Shown in pieces: positions 25,213-39,484 of a stretch of 64,000 nt of DNA. The DNA lies in NCBI RefSeq assembly GCF_006345805.1, contig NC_043005.1, positions 8,370,001 through 8,434,000 on the forward strand, given 5' to 3'. The position numbers and the translations under genes are program-made. The notes under the pieces were generated by a model, which ran no database searches, was not told the origin of the DNA, and was given only the letters and a program-made list of their open reading frames with translations. The stretch's first letter is position 1. Every line of letters begins with the position of its first letter. The DNA is from Octopus sinensis. Its lineage: Eukaryota.

Positions 25213-25637
25213 ACTCTCTTTTCTCTTTTACTCTTTTACTTGTTTCAGTCATTTGACTGCGGCCATGCTGGAGCACCGCCTTTAGTCGAGCAACTCGACC
25301 CCAGGACTTATTCTTTTGTAAGCCAGTACTTATTCTATCGGTCTCTTTTGCCGAACCGCTAAGTGACGGGGACGTAAAACACACCAGCATCGATTGTCAA
25401 GCAATGCTAGGGGGACAAACACAGACACACAAACACATACACACATACATATAAACATATATATACATATATACGACAGGCTTCTTTCAGTTTCCGTCTA
25501 CCAAATCCACTCACAAGGCATTGGTCGGCCCGAGGCTATAGTAGAAGACACTTGCCCAAGGTGACACGCAGTGGAACTGAACCCGGAACCATGTGGTTGT
25601 TTAGCAAGCTACTTACCACACAGCCACTTCTACGCCT
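25213..25637 (-). mobile_element. SINE family B
   Basis: Full-length homology. Confidence 0.9.
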
Positions 25638-25700
25638 TGATGTATAATGTTACGGAAAAATTATCGCAGGGAATTGGTGATAGACATACCGTTTTCAAAA

Positions 25701-26113
25701 CTCTTTACTCTCACTCTTTTACGCTAATACTTGTTTCAGTCATTTGACTGCGGCCATGCTGGAGTACCACCTTAGTCGAGCATATCAACCTCAGGACTAA
25801 TTCTTTTTAAGTTTAATCTATCGGTCTGTTTTGCTGAACCGATAAGTTACGGGGACGTAAACACACCAGTATCGGTTGTCAAGCGATGTTGGGAGACAAA
25901 CACAGACACACAAACATACACACACACACACATACATACATATATACGACGGGCTTCTTTCAGTTTCCGCCTACCAAAACCACTCACAAGGCTTTGGTCG
26001 GCCTGAGGCTATAGAATAAGACACTTGCCCAAGGTGCTACGCAGTGGGACTGAACCCAGTGGTTGGTAAGCCCACTACATTTTCTATTGTTTACCACACA
26101 TCACTCCTGCGCC
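25701..26113 (-). mobile_element. SINE family B
   Basis: Full-length homology. Confidence 0.88.
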
Positions 26114-26187
26114 TACTATATACATCTAACTAAAATATAATTTCATGTCATATTACAACTCAAATGAATGGATGTAGATAACTTAAT

Positions 26188-26333
26188 GTCTGGTAAGTAG
26201 CTTGTTTACCAACCACATGGTTCCGAGTTCAGTCCCACTGCGTGGCACCTTGGGCAAGTGTCTTCTACTATAGCCTCGGGCCAACCAAAGACTTGTGAGT
26301 GGATTTGGTAGACGAAAACTGAAAGAAGCCCGT

Positions 26334-26368
<35 letters not shown>

Positions 26369-26590
26369 GTGTGTGTGTGTTTGTGTGTCTGTGTTTGTCC
26401 CCCTAGCATTGTTTGACAACCGATGCTGGTGTGTTTATGTCCCCGTCACTTAGCGGTTCGGCAAAACAGACCGATAGAATAAGTACTGGGCTTACAAAGA
26501 ATAAGTGCCGGGGTAGAGTTGCTCGATTAAAGGCGGTGCTCCAGCATGGCCGCAGTAGAATGACTGAAACAAGTAAAAGGGTAAAAGAGT
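26188..26590 (+). mobile_element. SINE family B
   Basis: Full-length homology. Inverted relative to the two preceding copies. Confidence 0.9.
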
Positions 26591-27229
26591 ATTAATATTT
26601 ATTTAGTATATATATTTAATATATTTAGTCTGGCATACTAAAAGGTGGATTTTATGGTAAACAATAGAAAATCTAGTGGGCTGACTAAGAGTGAGACGGT
26701 TGGCCTTGCTTGGGATTCCAACCTGAATATATGCTGATGGATGCTTCTCTTAGGACCATCAAGGAAACTTGTCTAAGGGTTCTGCCTCCACAGTACGTAA
26801 AACTATAGTGGGATGTGAATAGCAATCATTATCAAAACTCTCTAAATTTACATCTTTCAACAAGAAACAGTGTAGAGTAGCACATAAAAATATTAATGCT
26901 AAATTTCATTACAAGATATATTTACAGAGTTCTAGCAAATCCTCTGAATAGACAGATATGAAAACCTTGTTTTTCTATACAATATGATTTTATATTTACT
27001 GTATTTATAAGTTAACTCATCTATAAAGATGAGTTAAATACGTGTTTCAAACAGCAACCTAACAATAGATCAACTTGCAAGACCATTCCATAGACATCTT
27101 TTCAAGCACTTACATATCTTCCGTGAGAATAATGCTTGATTACATATATGAATAAGCAAACTTCTCACACCTATTATATCTAAAAACGTTTTACCTTGAA
27201 GAAGTAGAAGGAATCCTACCCTATTTCTT

Positions 27230-27420
27230 TTCGAAGAAAATGGATAACGTAGCGCTACAGTAAGATGGGGATGTAGTAAATAGTCGATTTCGATATAAAT
27301 ATCGCATACCCCTACCGACAAACATTCACGGGATACGAATAGACTTAGGAAAATAATGTGGATCGCTCCACCTTATCCTCTAAGAGTTAAGCCTAATGTA
27401 GAAAATATATCTTGATTTAC
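27230..27420 (+). pseudogene. Possible decayed Penelope-like RT/endonuclease linker
   Basis: RKIMWIAPPYPLRVKPNV (from 27347) resembles the PLE linker motif IIWFNPPYS..VKTNI (from recall). Confidence 0.35.
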
Positions 27421-27662
27421 TAGATAAGCATTTAACGGAGAGGCCTGGGGAAGGAGGTAGTTTAGGAACAGCACGTGTGTGGTTACATGTCTGAAGTGAC
27501 CGGAAGTAGAGAAAGAGAGCAGAGTGTGAAAATAGTCAGTGTAAATGTGTGGCAGCATGCGTGTGTGTGTTAGTGTGATGTACGTATACATATACATACA
27601 TATACATAAACACACACATATATATGTATGTATATATATACGCACACATATATATGTATATG

Positions 27663-27704
<42 letters not shown>

Positions 27705-29326
27705 TATTAGATTAGTTTTGAATATGCAAATAAACCCCCTATTCCATTCTGCCGGCTGACAGAATGATGCTGAATGGTGAATCAGTTTTATGGGGGTTGC
27801 ACCGAGCTGTACCGGTATATTGTAGGGTGAATATATGAATATATCCAACATCCATCATTACCACAACATATCCGACATCACCACACACACACCACCATCC
27901 CTATATAACTACTATTCCTTCCTCTCTTGCCATCACCGTCCCCTCCTCTCCACCAAATGCACACAGAAATACCCACATACCTCAGTCAACCTTCTCAGTG
28001 GTCAAAAGCGTTAAACAACTTTCAGTTAAACATCTATTAATGCTATATCGCCTGAAGAAACGAATGCATGAAGATGTTCTACCCCATGCCCAGATCACAG
28101 ATACTAATCATCCCCCGAATACGGACTATGATCTTAAGAGACATGTGAATTGTGGAAACGCGCGTAGTGATGCATTAAAATATTTATGAAATACATCCAA
28201 GGATTATTGTTATTATTACTACAAACACACGCACAGGCACGCATACACACACACAAATAAACACACATGAATGCACTGTTAGAATTAATATGGAGTAAAG
28301 AAATTATATGCTGCGTGTATATTGCTAATAATTCATTGCACCAATTCCCAACATAAGTAGTGGCGGTAGACTATGTTGCATTGAAGAAATAGAGAAAGCA
28401 TATCTATGTATACACTTAAGTGGCAGATCAAAGTCGCAGGAAAATATGGTGTGTAAGAGGTTTTTTTTTTGTTTATTACCTTTAAACAATGAATGGAGCT
28501 ACACCAAAATACCAGGTGTATGGGTGATATATTATGAAAACTGAAATATGCTACTGATTGCATATCCCTGGTGTATAGCTTCATCAATTCATTTAACACA
28601 TACGTACAGTATATGCAGATGGCCTCTGATAGATTATACATATAATTGAAAGATCTAACCATGTTAAATATCATGTCGCATACACTCAGCTTGAGAATTA
28701 CGTTTAGGGTACGTGTATTTGTTTAATAGGTAGCCAATTATTCGTTAATTTAAGGAATAATTGATTTTAGTTGAACGAATTACTGAATGCGCATCGTCGA
28801 AAGCAACCTATGATCTCCTGGATTTTGCTTAAAAAATATATAATAGATAAATAGAGCAGAATACGAATCCATGTAATTAGAGGAATTAGATCTAGAAGGT
28901 AGCTTCTAGGTTAGGCTAATATTTACAAAATAGTTTATGTTATCTGCCATGGACCTCCTGGTAAGAAATTACATGAATCGAGGAAGTGTGAAATTACGTT
29001 GCCTGTTGGTTAACTATTTCCAAAGATAATGTGTGTTTAATGAAGTAGGATAACCTCAAGCGGAGAGGAAACCCGGGTTAAGAAAATCGGATGTACATTT
29101 TCTAGGTTAAATTAGGACTATTCTGCGGAGTGAATGTACGAATTTTGTAGAATGATGAGGCATGCGTCCATTTCGGTGGTAGACCTGAGTAAACTCACAC
29201 ACACTCACACTAATAACCATAATGAAAAACCGTACAAACAAATACACACACACACGTAGCGCGCGCACACTCACACACATCTCTCTCACTCTCTTCCTCT
29301 GTATATTCACAGGCACACGTATATAC

Positions 29327-29396
<70 letters not shown>

Positions 29397-29497
29397 CGTG
29401 TGTGTGTGTTTATATATATATATTATATATATATATATATACAAACTGTTCGAATTTTGCGACAAGCATGTTTGAATTGATACCAAGTCTGATTATA

Positions 29498-29545
<48 letters not shown>

Positions 29546-29597
29546 TGCGTGTGTGCGTGCTTATGTATGTTCTACCTCTCATGCTATCTTGTATATA

Positions 29598-30891
29598 CAG
29601 GGTGCGAGGGGTATTTGAGGACATTTTTTGTATACAATACAACAACTATAAATATATATGTATTTGTATAACTATGTATTCCCCATAAATTTATATGTAT
29701 TTGAATAAACATTTGTGCAATTAGTTTTCATAATGAATTTTAAGCAAATTTAAGCAAATTCTATGAAACCGCCTTGGACTTCGATGACTGCTTCAATGCA
29801 GGATCGAGACCGCTGGCATGTTGACACTATATGGTCCTTATTCATTTCGGACATCACCTGGAGAATGGTGGCCTTCAGTGAAGCTATGGTATTATGAGAA
29901 TGAGCATTAGTCTCCGTTTGAGCAGTGTTCCACACGTAGTAGTCTATGGGGTTCATATCTGGCGAGTTTGGAGCCCACATATTGAGTATTACATAATCGG
30001 AAATATAGTCAGACAACCATTCTTTGGTGGCTAGGGCTTTGTGAGAAGGTACTGAGCCTTTTTGAAACACATATGGCCTTCCATTGCGTACTTCATGAAT
30101 TCAGGGCCTGACAACAGTTTCCAGTCCATCAATGTATCCAGCAGCATTAATTCTAAGACCTTTTGGTAAAAAGTGGGGAGGCATCGCATGACCTTCCCTA
30201 CTCACCACTCCTAAAACTATCGGAGTTGCAGGAAATTTCCTGTACATCATTCTGGGTACTTCAGAAGAATCGGCACATAACCACATATCATTTCTTCTGT
30301 TAGAGATTTGATCCTGTCAAAGATTTTTCGCCAGAGAAAAACCAAAGCATGCCTTGTTCATGAAGGTGTTTCCCTTTGTTAAGTAATAGTTTTGAATGGC
30401 TGAGACGGTTTTCCTGTGTCTTTCCAGACACGAATTCGCTTTCCCTCATTACATAGGTCTTGTATCGAATGTAATAAAGTACCACTGTTGTGATAGTCCA
30501 CTCTGACACCCTAAGTTCTTTAGCATTAGGCCTCATTGATCTTCTGGGGTTTTCATCGAAAATGTTTTGAACATGTGCTATAAATTCTGATGCCCTTTTG
30601 GTGTCTCAACGTTGTCAATGTTTGTTTTTTCTCTTTGATACAGGTGAAACATTACCATTACACACCTCCAATTCTAACCGAACTTTGTGTACGAATGATC
30701 TTGCAGCATTTAGAAAGTTACTAATTTCTAAAACACTGTCGTTTGCATGTATAGCAACTATGACTGTATGTCTTTCAATTTCTTAACTTAGCAAATCTTG
30801 AAAGGGTTATCGGGAAAAAAATGATGCATTGACTAATTTGAATGTATAATGAACTAAAAACGAAATGCTCTCAAATACACCTCGCACTCTG
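29598..30891 (-). mobile_element. Tc1/mariner DNA transposon, DD37D (maT-like), 1294 bp
   Basis: 22-bp TIRs CAGGGTGCGAGGGGTATTTGAG (29598-29619) and CTCAAATACACCTCGCACTCTG (30870-30891) with 2 mismatches. TA on both flanks. Confidence 0.9.
29750..30536 (-). pseudogene. Fragmented DD37D transposase
   Basis: WFFSGEK; PIVLGVVS..G..PPHF; FQKGSVPSH; WAPNSPDMNPIDYYVW. There are 37 residues between the second catalytic position and the final D. Broken into three ORFs. Confidence 0.88.
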
Positions 30892-30946
30892 TATTACCAG
30901 GTAGGAAAATGTGTTTTGACATCGAGATTAATTCATAGAGATTAAT

Positions 30947-31109
30947 AGGCGCAGGTGTGGCTGAGTGATAAGAAGCTTGCTTTCCAGCCACATAATTCCG
31001 GGTTCAGTTCCACTGCGTGGCACCTTGGGCAAATGTCTTCTACTATAGCCTCGTGTCCACCAAATTCTTATGAGTGGATTTGGTAGACGGAAACTGAAAG
31101 AAGCTCGTC

Positions 31110-31147
<38 letters not shown>

Positions 31148-31390
31148 ATGTGTGTGTGTGTGTTTATGTGTGTGTGTTTATGTGTGTGGGTCGGTGTTTA
31201 TACAAACCCCATCGTTTGACAGTCGATACTGGTGAGTTTATGCCCCTGTAATCTAGCAGTTCAGCAAAAAAGGAATGATAGTAAGTGCTATGTTTACAAA
31301 GAATAAGTCCTGGTGTCGATTTCTTCAACTAAAACACTTTAAGGTGGTGTTCCAGCATGGCCGTATTCATATGACTGAAACAAATAAAAG
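30947..31390 (+). mobile_element. SINE family B (diverged)
   Basis: Full-length homology. Confidence 0.85.
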
Positions 31391-31421
31391 ACTAAGTAGA
31401 AAAGAATGCACACACACATAA

Positions 31422-31469
<48 letters not shown>

Positions 31470-32346
31470 ACACGCACACATGCCTTTTTGCAAAGCTGTA
31501 TTGTAAATGAAACATAGTTGGAACTGAGGCATATATTTGAAAGGAACAATTTAGATTCATTTTAGTAGATGATTCCTCTTTGACTGGAAACATATGTATT
31601 TATTGTTGTTGTATAGCGCAATGTCAGCAGTAATCAAGTAGACCTTTGAGTAAAACTTTACAGCCCTGACTCAGCATGCATTTATGTTTGAGAGAGTATA
31701 TAACCTATACAATATAATCTGCAATGAATCCATCTTTTTGAAAGTGCTTATACATATATGAAACCCCATATCACTGGTGACTGCCAAGTGTATCTAAGAA
31801 AGCTCCTAGGGGGATAAGTATTTTGTAAAATCAAATATTACCCGAAGGAAAGGCGAATCCGATACTATTTGACAGAACTGGCATTTCCGGTAAAGATAAA
31901 ACGAAAAAAATATAGAAGTGTTTGCGCAAAAACATCACGGATTAATTTCTGGCAATTAATTGTTCTCAGCATTAAAAACTCTGTTAATGGTTCGAATTGA
32001 AGTCTTCTCAGATGATTTAAAATTCAGTCCAACTCAACAATACATTAAAAATTAATGGAATACGGGCATGTATATCACACTTCTGTAGCAAAAAAAAACG
32101 TCAAACAGAAGAATTATTTGACAAAGAAAATGACGAGTAACTTGAATGAAATAAAAATAAATACAATTCAACAAAAGATGGCATCAAAACCGTTAAATTT
32201 GGTGGTTATATATATCTAATTCCCCGTATCATGGACTATTACGAAGAGAGAGAGAGTTGTTGTCCGAGAGAGTGAATAAGAGGAATAAAAACTAAAGAAA
32301 CGCAGTGAAGGCGACCAATCTTGAGGGCCATGGTTTTGTCTATAAC

Positions 32347-32436
32347 ATCACATACAGTAATACATCGATTACTGTATGTGATACATTCAGTAATACATTC
32401 ACATACAGTAATACATTGATTACTGTATGTGAATGT
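32347..32436. repeat. Twin perfect hairpins (15-bp and 18-bp stems, 6-nt loops)
   Basis: atcacatacagtaat-acatcg-attactgtatgtgat and acattcacatacagtaat-acattg-attactgtatgtgaatgt. Confidence 0.9.
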
Positions 32437-34607
32437 TACTTTGTGGATGCAAGAGAATTGAAAGCTAAATTTGATTACATGGATTCTGCAGTCAGTATGA
32501 ACAGAAGAAGAAGAAATATTCCAAGATAGTTTGCCCGAATTTCTATCGATTCTACAAAATCACCTCTCTTGATCATGGCCACAATACGAACTCATTTAAC
32601 AAAAATTAGACTCATATATTCGTTTAACCAGTGGAGAAAACGTATTTAACTATTTAAGTGCTACTACCATATACTTACTTTTGATAAAGGTTCCACAAAA
32701 AATGGCGGATACAAAAAAGAATTTTCCAGTTGACACCAAAAGTAGTTTTAGCAATGAGCGAAGAATGAAAAGTATTGATATCGGGAATTCATTTACAAGT
32801 TTTAATGGAAGATTTAAGCCAAGGATTAAAATGGAGCCCTGAAAGTATAAACTGCAGTTCATGATATTGGAGAATGAAGCTATTCTACATTACCTTTTAT
32901 GTCAACGAGCAACATTATCCGCAGTAACAATACACAGGCATTTTGTTATTAATAGATTCACTTTTTTTATTACTTTCGCTTCCAACTGATAACACCTTTG
33001 GCGTCGACATTTCGTGTCAATAAAAACCAACACTGAAAACTGTTCTCGAATTTCTAATATTATACTGAAGCTCATGCGATATACATGCTCTAAAAATACG
33101 GTATCTGTTTAACTTCCCTTATATTATTAATACCTACCATGAAACACATATCTATTCTACTTGACGACTATACATTTAAAAACCTAATGAAGAGTAGTTG
33201 GAATACATCATCATATACAGGGAAATTGTGAAATTCTGTATATTGTCTATGTACTTTTTGTTTGGAGGTTTTGATAGTTGATGACCATTAGTTATTAGTG
33301 AGCTTCAAGGCGACAATGAAATTAAGAGCACAGCAGATGGGTTGCAACTTTTAGCACGACTATTACGTGTTTTTCGGTTCTTGTCTAATGACAGTCGATA
33401 TTAATGTCTCCAGAACTATGTCTTTTCAACCGAAGAATCGAAAAACAGTTTGCACATGACTGACAGACGTATGCTCGAAGTTAAATAATAATCATAATAC
33501 TTGCAGATGGAATATGCCAAAAATCTTTTGTATGCAACTACTAAACAGTCAAACGGAAATATTACAATAAGCCCGGTTACCATCATGAAGAGAACGTTGT
33601 CAAAAGCAGTTAATATAGTAGATATATGTTATAGTAGATAATGCTAGAGATTTAAACGTTTGAAGGGATAGAGAAGAAAGAATAAGAACAAAAGAGAACA
33701 TATGCGATGTAGGAAGGAGGAACAGAGGTAGAAAGGAATAGGTAGAAGGTAGGGATAGGTTCGAGGATTTGTGTGGCATTGGGAGGGATGAACAGACGTA
33801 GAATAGATGAAAGAGAGATAGAGAAAAAGGGGAAGATAAAATTAAAGTTAGAGTGGTGAAAGGAAGCGGCATTGGTTATCGAGGCAATCTCATTAAGAAG
33901 ATATTGAAATGGACTTCTCCTATCGTTCAGTTGCCTTTGAACTGCGTCTCATAAAGATTTTTTGACCCCGGGAATTTTGTCTGTCGGAATGTTGACCTAT
34001 CTTCCTGGGGTATATTTAGTGCATATAGCTTGCATTGTTGGCATAAACTCACTGAGGTTCAAGTCTAACATAGATAGAGTTTTGGACCAGATTCGTTTGT
34101 GGATCTCTTTGCACTGAACGAAAGAAACAAGGTGGTGTAGCGGAGAAGAGGCGAGTATGCCGAGACAGGGCAAATGATACTAGGAGAATGTAGACAGAAA
34201 ATGCAGCTAGTATAGCTAAGTTATAAGTGAGAATTTATCCACAATTATGGGAAATCCTTAAGAATTTACGTAATGGGGAAAACCGGAATAAAATTTATGC
34301 CTACACAAGAAGATCCCGCCACATAACATATTGTGTCACGAGGTATCATGACGGCGAAAAATAGCAAGCGATTCCCTGCAATACCACTGGTAAGTAAATA
34401 CAGTGTGGTTGTTGTCGAAGAGGTATAAAGAATATTCTGGGACTTGAAGTGGCGCATGTACATAGCTATGCGGGTAGTAAATTTAGAGGGCCCATTAGAT
34501 AATTCAGGTGAATTCGGTAGCAGTTACTGTATTCAAGACAACCACCAATGTATATATATATATATATATATATAAGTATATATGTATGTATATATGTATA
34601 TATATAT

Positions 34608-34638
<31 letters not shown>

Positions 34639-34937
34639 ATACTATAAGGTGTACATATAAGCACACTGCTGTAATGTATGCATATATACATACTACTATA
34701 TATATATATAAGCATATACAAATATACCTACAATGCATTGTACGACGGACATGTGTACGGACGCGTAGCCCGCGCTGTATATTACTACGACGCATGTATA
34801 CGTTACGTAATTCTTACATTCTTCGATACAATGATGGCTTTATAATATTTTTAGTCGTAAAATGAGACCCTGATAACATACTAGTAATTTTATACAGACA
34901 CACACACACACACACACATATGTATATATATATATAT

Positions 34938-34975
<38 letters not shown>

Positions 34976-34999
34976 GTGTATGTATATACATGTTATATA

Positions 35000-35031
<32 letters not shown>

Positions 35032-35753
35032 CTATATATATAAACATATATATATACATATATATACATATACATATATATATATATACTTATCTCTGTA
35101 TGTGTGCGCGTGTATATATGTATAATATATATATATAACTATATATATATGTATGTATGTATGTATGTATATACATATATATGGTATATATTATAATTTA
35201 TAAGTAAAAGAAGCAGAAATTCATCATCACCAACGTGCTTTCTTTCAGACCTTAAACGAGTTTCAATATAAATAAACTTTTCTCATAGGCGATGATAGCA
35301 AACTAAAAAGAAAATTGATTTGTGCTATCTTTATGAGAACATTTAGCTTGAGCAAAACAAAATTTAAAAGCACCGAAGATATCAAATACTATTTTCATTT
35401 TGTTCGAGGTTTGCTATTTCTATAAATAAAGACAGAGAACATTTCAATTCCATTCTATGGTTGCACAAAAAGAATAATTTTCGTCGGGAAAATGTTTCTG
35501 AATTGGGTAACACACACATACACACTGGCAAACTTATATATTTAAAGATAGGCACGTGTGTTATGTATTCTACATTATTATTATTCCTAGTGATGAGATA
35601 CAGAACATTAATGATTACATAAATATCTAAGAAACAAAAAAAAAAAGATGTCTTTCTGGTGATAAAGCCTGTGCTATGTTTGAAAAATCTTTAAAAATAA
35701 AATATGTGAAATTCGGGCAGTCTTCAATTTAACATTCGAATGTACATACATCA

Positions 35754-35784
<31 letters not shown>

Positions 35785-35798
35785 TGTATGTATGTATG

Positions 35799-35829
<31 letters not shown>

Positions 35830-36543
35830 TAAAACTTACTTGGAAGAAGACGACGACGCGTGCGTTCAATCATATAATAACAATTTAATAAATAAAACAT
35901 ATGCATACATACATATATGTACATACCTACATCTATGTGTATATATACATGCATATATGGGTACAGGACATCACAAAAAATGTAGAACACAACGAGAAAC
36001 GAAAACATAGAAACAAAACAAGGAAATGGACTTTTTTTGAACAATGAAAAAACAAACTACAAGACATACAACACAAGGAACATTCCCCTTCTTCAGCTGC
36101 CCCTGTTTCGACTCAATGCGTGTTTCGAAGGTAAGGGCAGAAAACGACTACGTTGAAACAGTCCTAATATTTGTATATCACAGGCATCCCGCCCCACAGA
36201 AACTAAATAAACATAGACGCACATGGATATATAAGCATGTGCAAATGAAGACATACAATAAAAATACAAAATGGCTGACGGTTAGTGAGGAGAGACACAA
36301 ATAAGAAAGAAGAAAACAAAGGACCACTGATGCGTTCATTGGAGTGTGACGAAAGAACTCTGGCCGAAATAAGATTAAGATTAATGTAAAAAATAAATAA
36401 CGCTGAAGCAAAATAACACCAAATATATAGTGCGTGTGTTTTTATTGGCTAAACTGGCAAAATGACCATTCCGAAATATAACAATATCTATTTCAACACA
36501 CGACTTCACATAAAAAATCTTGGACAACAAATAAATAAACGTG

Positions 36544-36632
<89 letters not shown>

Positions 36633-36650
36633 CATATATATATACATATT

Positions 36651-36893
36651 ATCAATAATAACAAAGGGTGAAATTAATTAATTAAGAAGTAATCAGTAAT
36701 TTCACCAAGTAGAATTCGGCATGTAAAAGACCAATTCATGGTAATACTAAATAATTAGGGTTCAGCAACGATTTGCCTCACCACACACCGAATTTAGAAA
36801 GAGCAGTCAAAAATTCTTGGCTATTCCTTCTACTTTAAAGGCAGATCTCAGTAAAACCAAAGCACTCAAGAACAAACCACGCAGGTAAAAGAG
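36651..36893. repeat. Dispersed repeat, collinear copy
   Basis: Homologous to 37636-37921. Confidence 0.8.
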
Positions 36894-36994
36894 AAAGAAA
36901 TGACGAAAATCATTCTATATTAAGTTGCCTACGGACGCGCGTTTCGGAATTAAGCCAGTATAGAGCATAAAAAATAAATAATTATATCTTACCT

Positions 36995-37383
36995 GCAGGA
37001 GTTGCTGTGTGGTATGTAGCTTGCCTACCAACCACATGGTTTTGGGTTCAGTCCGACTGCGTGGCATCTTGGGCAAGTGTCTTCTGCTATAGCCTCGGGC
37101 CGACCAATGCCTTGTGAGTGGATTTGGTAGACGGAAACTGAAAGAAGCCTGTCGTATATATGTGTGTATGTATATGTTTGTGTGTATGTGTTTCTCCCCT
37201 TAGCATTGCTTGACAACCGATGCTGGTGTGTTTACGTCCCCGTAACTTAGCGGTTCGGCAAAAGAGACCGATAGAATAAGTACTGGGCTTACAAAGAATA
37301 AGTTCCAGGGTCGATTTGCTCGACTAAAGGCGGTGCTCCAGCATGGCCGCAGTCAAATGACTGAAACAAGTAAAAGAGTAAAA
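36995..37383 (+). mobile_element. SINE family B
   Basis: Full-length homology. Confidence 0.9.
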
Positions 37384-37635
37384 GGTTACCCGACTATTTT
37401 CCTCATCAGAGTAGGATTCTTCAATTATAATTAATTGCGTCTCAATTATTAATATTTGTGTATTAAATTTGAAGGCACTAGAAAATATCATTTCACCTCA
37501 CTGTATCAGAGAGAACGTATACCGTACTAGTACCGCCAAATTCAAAAAGTGAATGAGAGTAAGTCACTCTCCCCCGTCCACCAGCGTGTTGCCAAAGTAA
37601 GATGCTACAGTTTTTTTCTGGGAGGAAATACCATT

Positions 37636-37921
37636 ATCAATAATAACAAAAGGTGAAATTAATTAATTAAGAAGCAATCAGTAATTTCACCAAGTAGAAT
37701 TCGGCATGTAAAAGACTAATTGATGGTAAGTTCAAGTGATACTGAATAATTAGGGTTCAGCAACGATTTGCCTCTTTTACCTGCGTGGTTTGTTCTTGAG
37801 TGCTTTGGTTTTACTGGGATCTCCCGTTAAAGTAGAAGGAATAGCGAAGACTTTTTGACTGCTATTTCTAAATTCGGTGTGTGGTGAGGCAAATCGTTGC
37901 TGAACCCTAATTATTTAGTAT
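37636..37921. repeat. Second copy of the 36651 repeat with an internal inversion
   Basis: 37636-37774 is direct and 37775-37921 is inverted relative to the first copy. Contains a perfect 28-bp inverted repeat (37747-37774 / 37886-37913). Confidence 0.8.
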
Positions 37922-37953
37922 ATAAATATATAAATATATATACATATACATAC

Positions 37954-38006
<53 letters not shown>

Positions 38007-38079
38007 TACATATATATATGCATGTATATATATCTATATATATCTATCTATCTATTTATATAAAATGATATAATATTAT

Positions 38080-38134
<55 letters not shown>

Positions 38135-38169
38135 CATATATATATACATATATATAATACTTCAAGTAC

Positions 38170-38700
38170 GGTACATCACCAACAAGTGAAAAATACGTAG
38201 ACACACGAGCGATAAATACAGGACAAATTAGCAAAAAATATACAATAAGAACAAGACATCAGCAACGAGTGAAAAATACGCAATAAATATTTGAGAGACA
38301 AATACAGGACAAAATACCTCAAGATGTCTAACCTTCTCCTCAGTTGTCGACTCTTAATCACTCCATATTGCGAGCTTTTAAGGACAATATAGGAAAACAT
38401 CATTAAACAGCAGCATCCACAAATTTTAAAAGTATAATATTTCTACAGAGTTCAAGCTTCCAACGAACGAACAAGGACAGGGATATGGGATGCCAGAATC
38501 TATTACAGCCCAGGATAACTTATACTGTGTTTTCCTATTAATTAGATGGTGTACTGGCTAGTGATGTAGATTTGCAATGCTCTTTATATTTAAATGAGTT
38601 TAAATTTGCAGAATATCTTTGTATAGAATTAGTGGTTGATCCGATATAGTACCTACTATAGTTATTTAATATGTTGTGGACGGTGCATTGGTATAACACG
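38170..38700 (-). mobile_element. Penelope-like element 3' end: GIY-YIG endonuclease remnant plus pLTR
   Basis: VLYQCTV..RYYIGSTTNSIQRYSANLNSFKYK..STSLAS, then SWAVIDSGIPY. Decayed hammerhead-like motif at 38308-38348. Confidence 0.65.
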
Positions 38701-39058
38701 GAAAAATGAATAAAAAAAGAATAAAATAGAACAAGTAAATATGTAAATGATTGGAAATTGAACCGGCGAGTGTGTGAAGTCATAAGGCACTAAAAGAGAA
38801 TGACTTTCCCCAAACACAATAATATACACACGCACTTATGTATTGAATTAATATGTTTATTATAATTGCATTAATATTAACGTTTAATATTATCGATTTA
38901 TATATTTAGTCATGAAACGCGCGTAGTAAATTTCATTTTTCATTTGTTATGGGACTTTTAGAATAATAATTATAAGATATTTAATTAATTTCTATGTGGT
39001 TATTACAGGTAATATCCTTCCACTATTGATGGAATAATTAAATGTCGCTTTGTCTCTA

Positions 39059-39126
<68 letters not shown>

Positions 39127-39484
39127 GTGTGGCTTCTTCCATTTTCCTACTACCAATTCCACTCAGAAGGCATTGGTGACCACATAGCTATAGAAGAGAA
39201 CACTTTCCCCCGGCGTATAACGATACGCGAAACCATGTAGTTCCGTATTTTATATTATATATAAAATGTAATTTATATACATAAAAAACAGAATACCTTA
39301 TATACAAGCTATGAACTTTTATATAAATTCATGCCACACATACACACACACACTGCTATGTTATTTTAGATATCAATGATATCCTTTAATCCACAAACGA
39401 TATCATATATATATATTCTAAACAGGTAAACACTATATTCTTTTTGATATAAAATTCATGTTCTATATTATATACTTCTCTACT

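Noticed and set aside
32702-32842. AAAATGGCG start, 46-aa ORF MADTKKNF...
   Set aside because: It ends in a stop with no good donor before it, and there is no other promoter evidence.
34348-34395. MTAKNSKRFPAIPL followed by a GTAAGT donor
   Set aside because: Isolated ATG plus donor with no promoter motifs or downstream exon; expected by chance in 64 kb.
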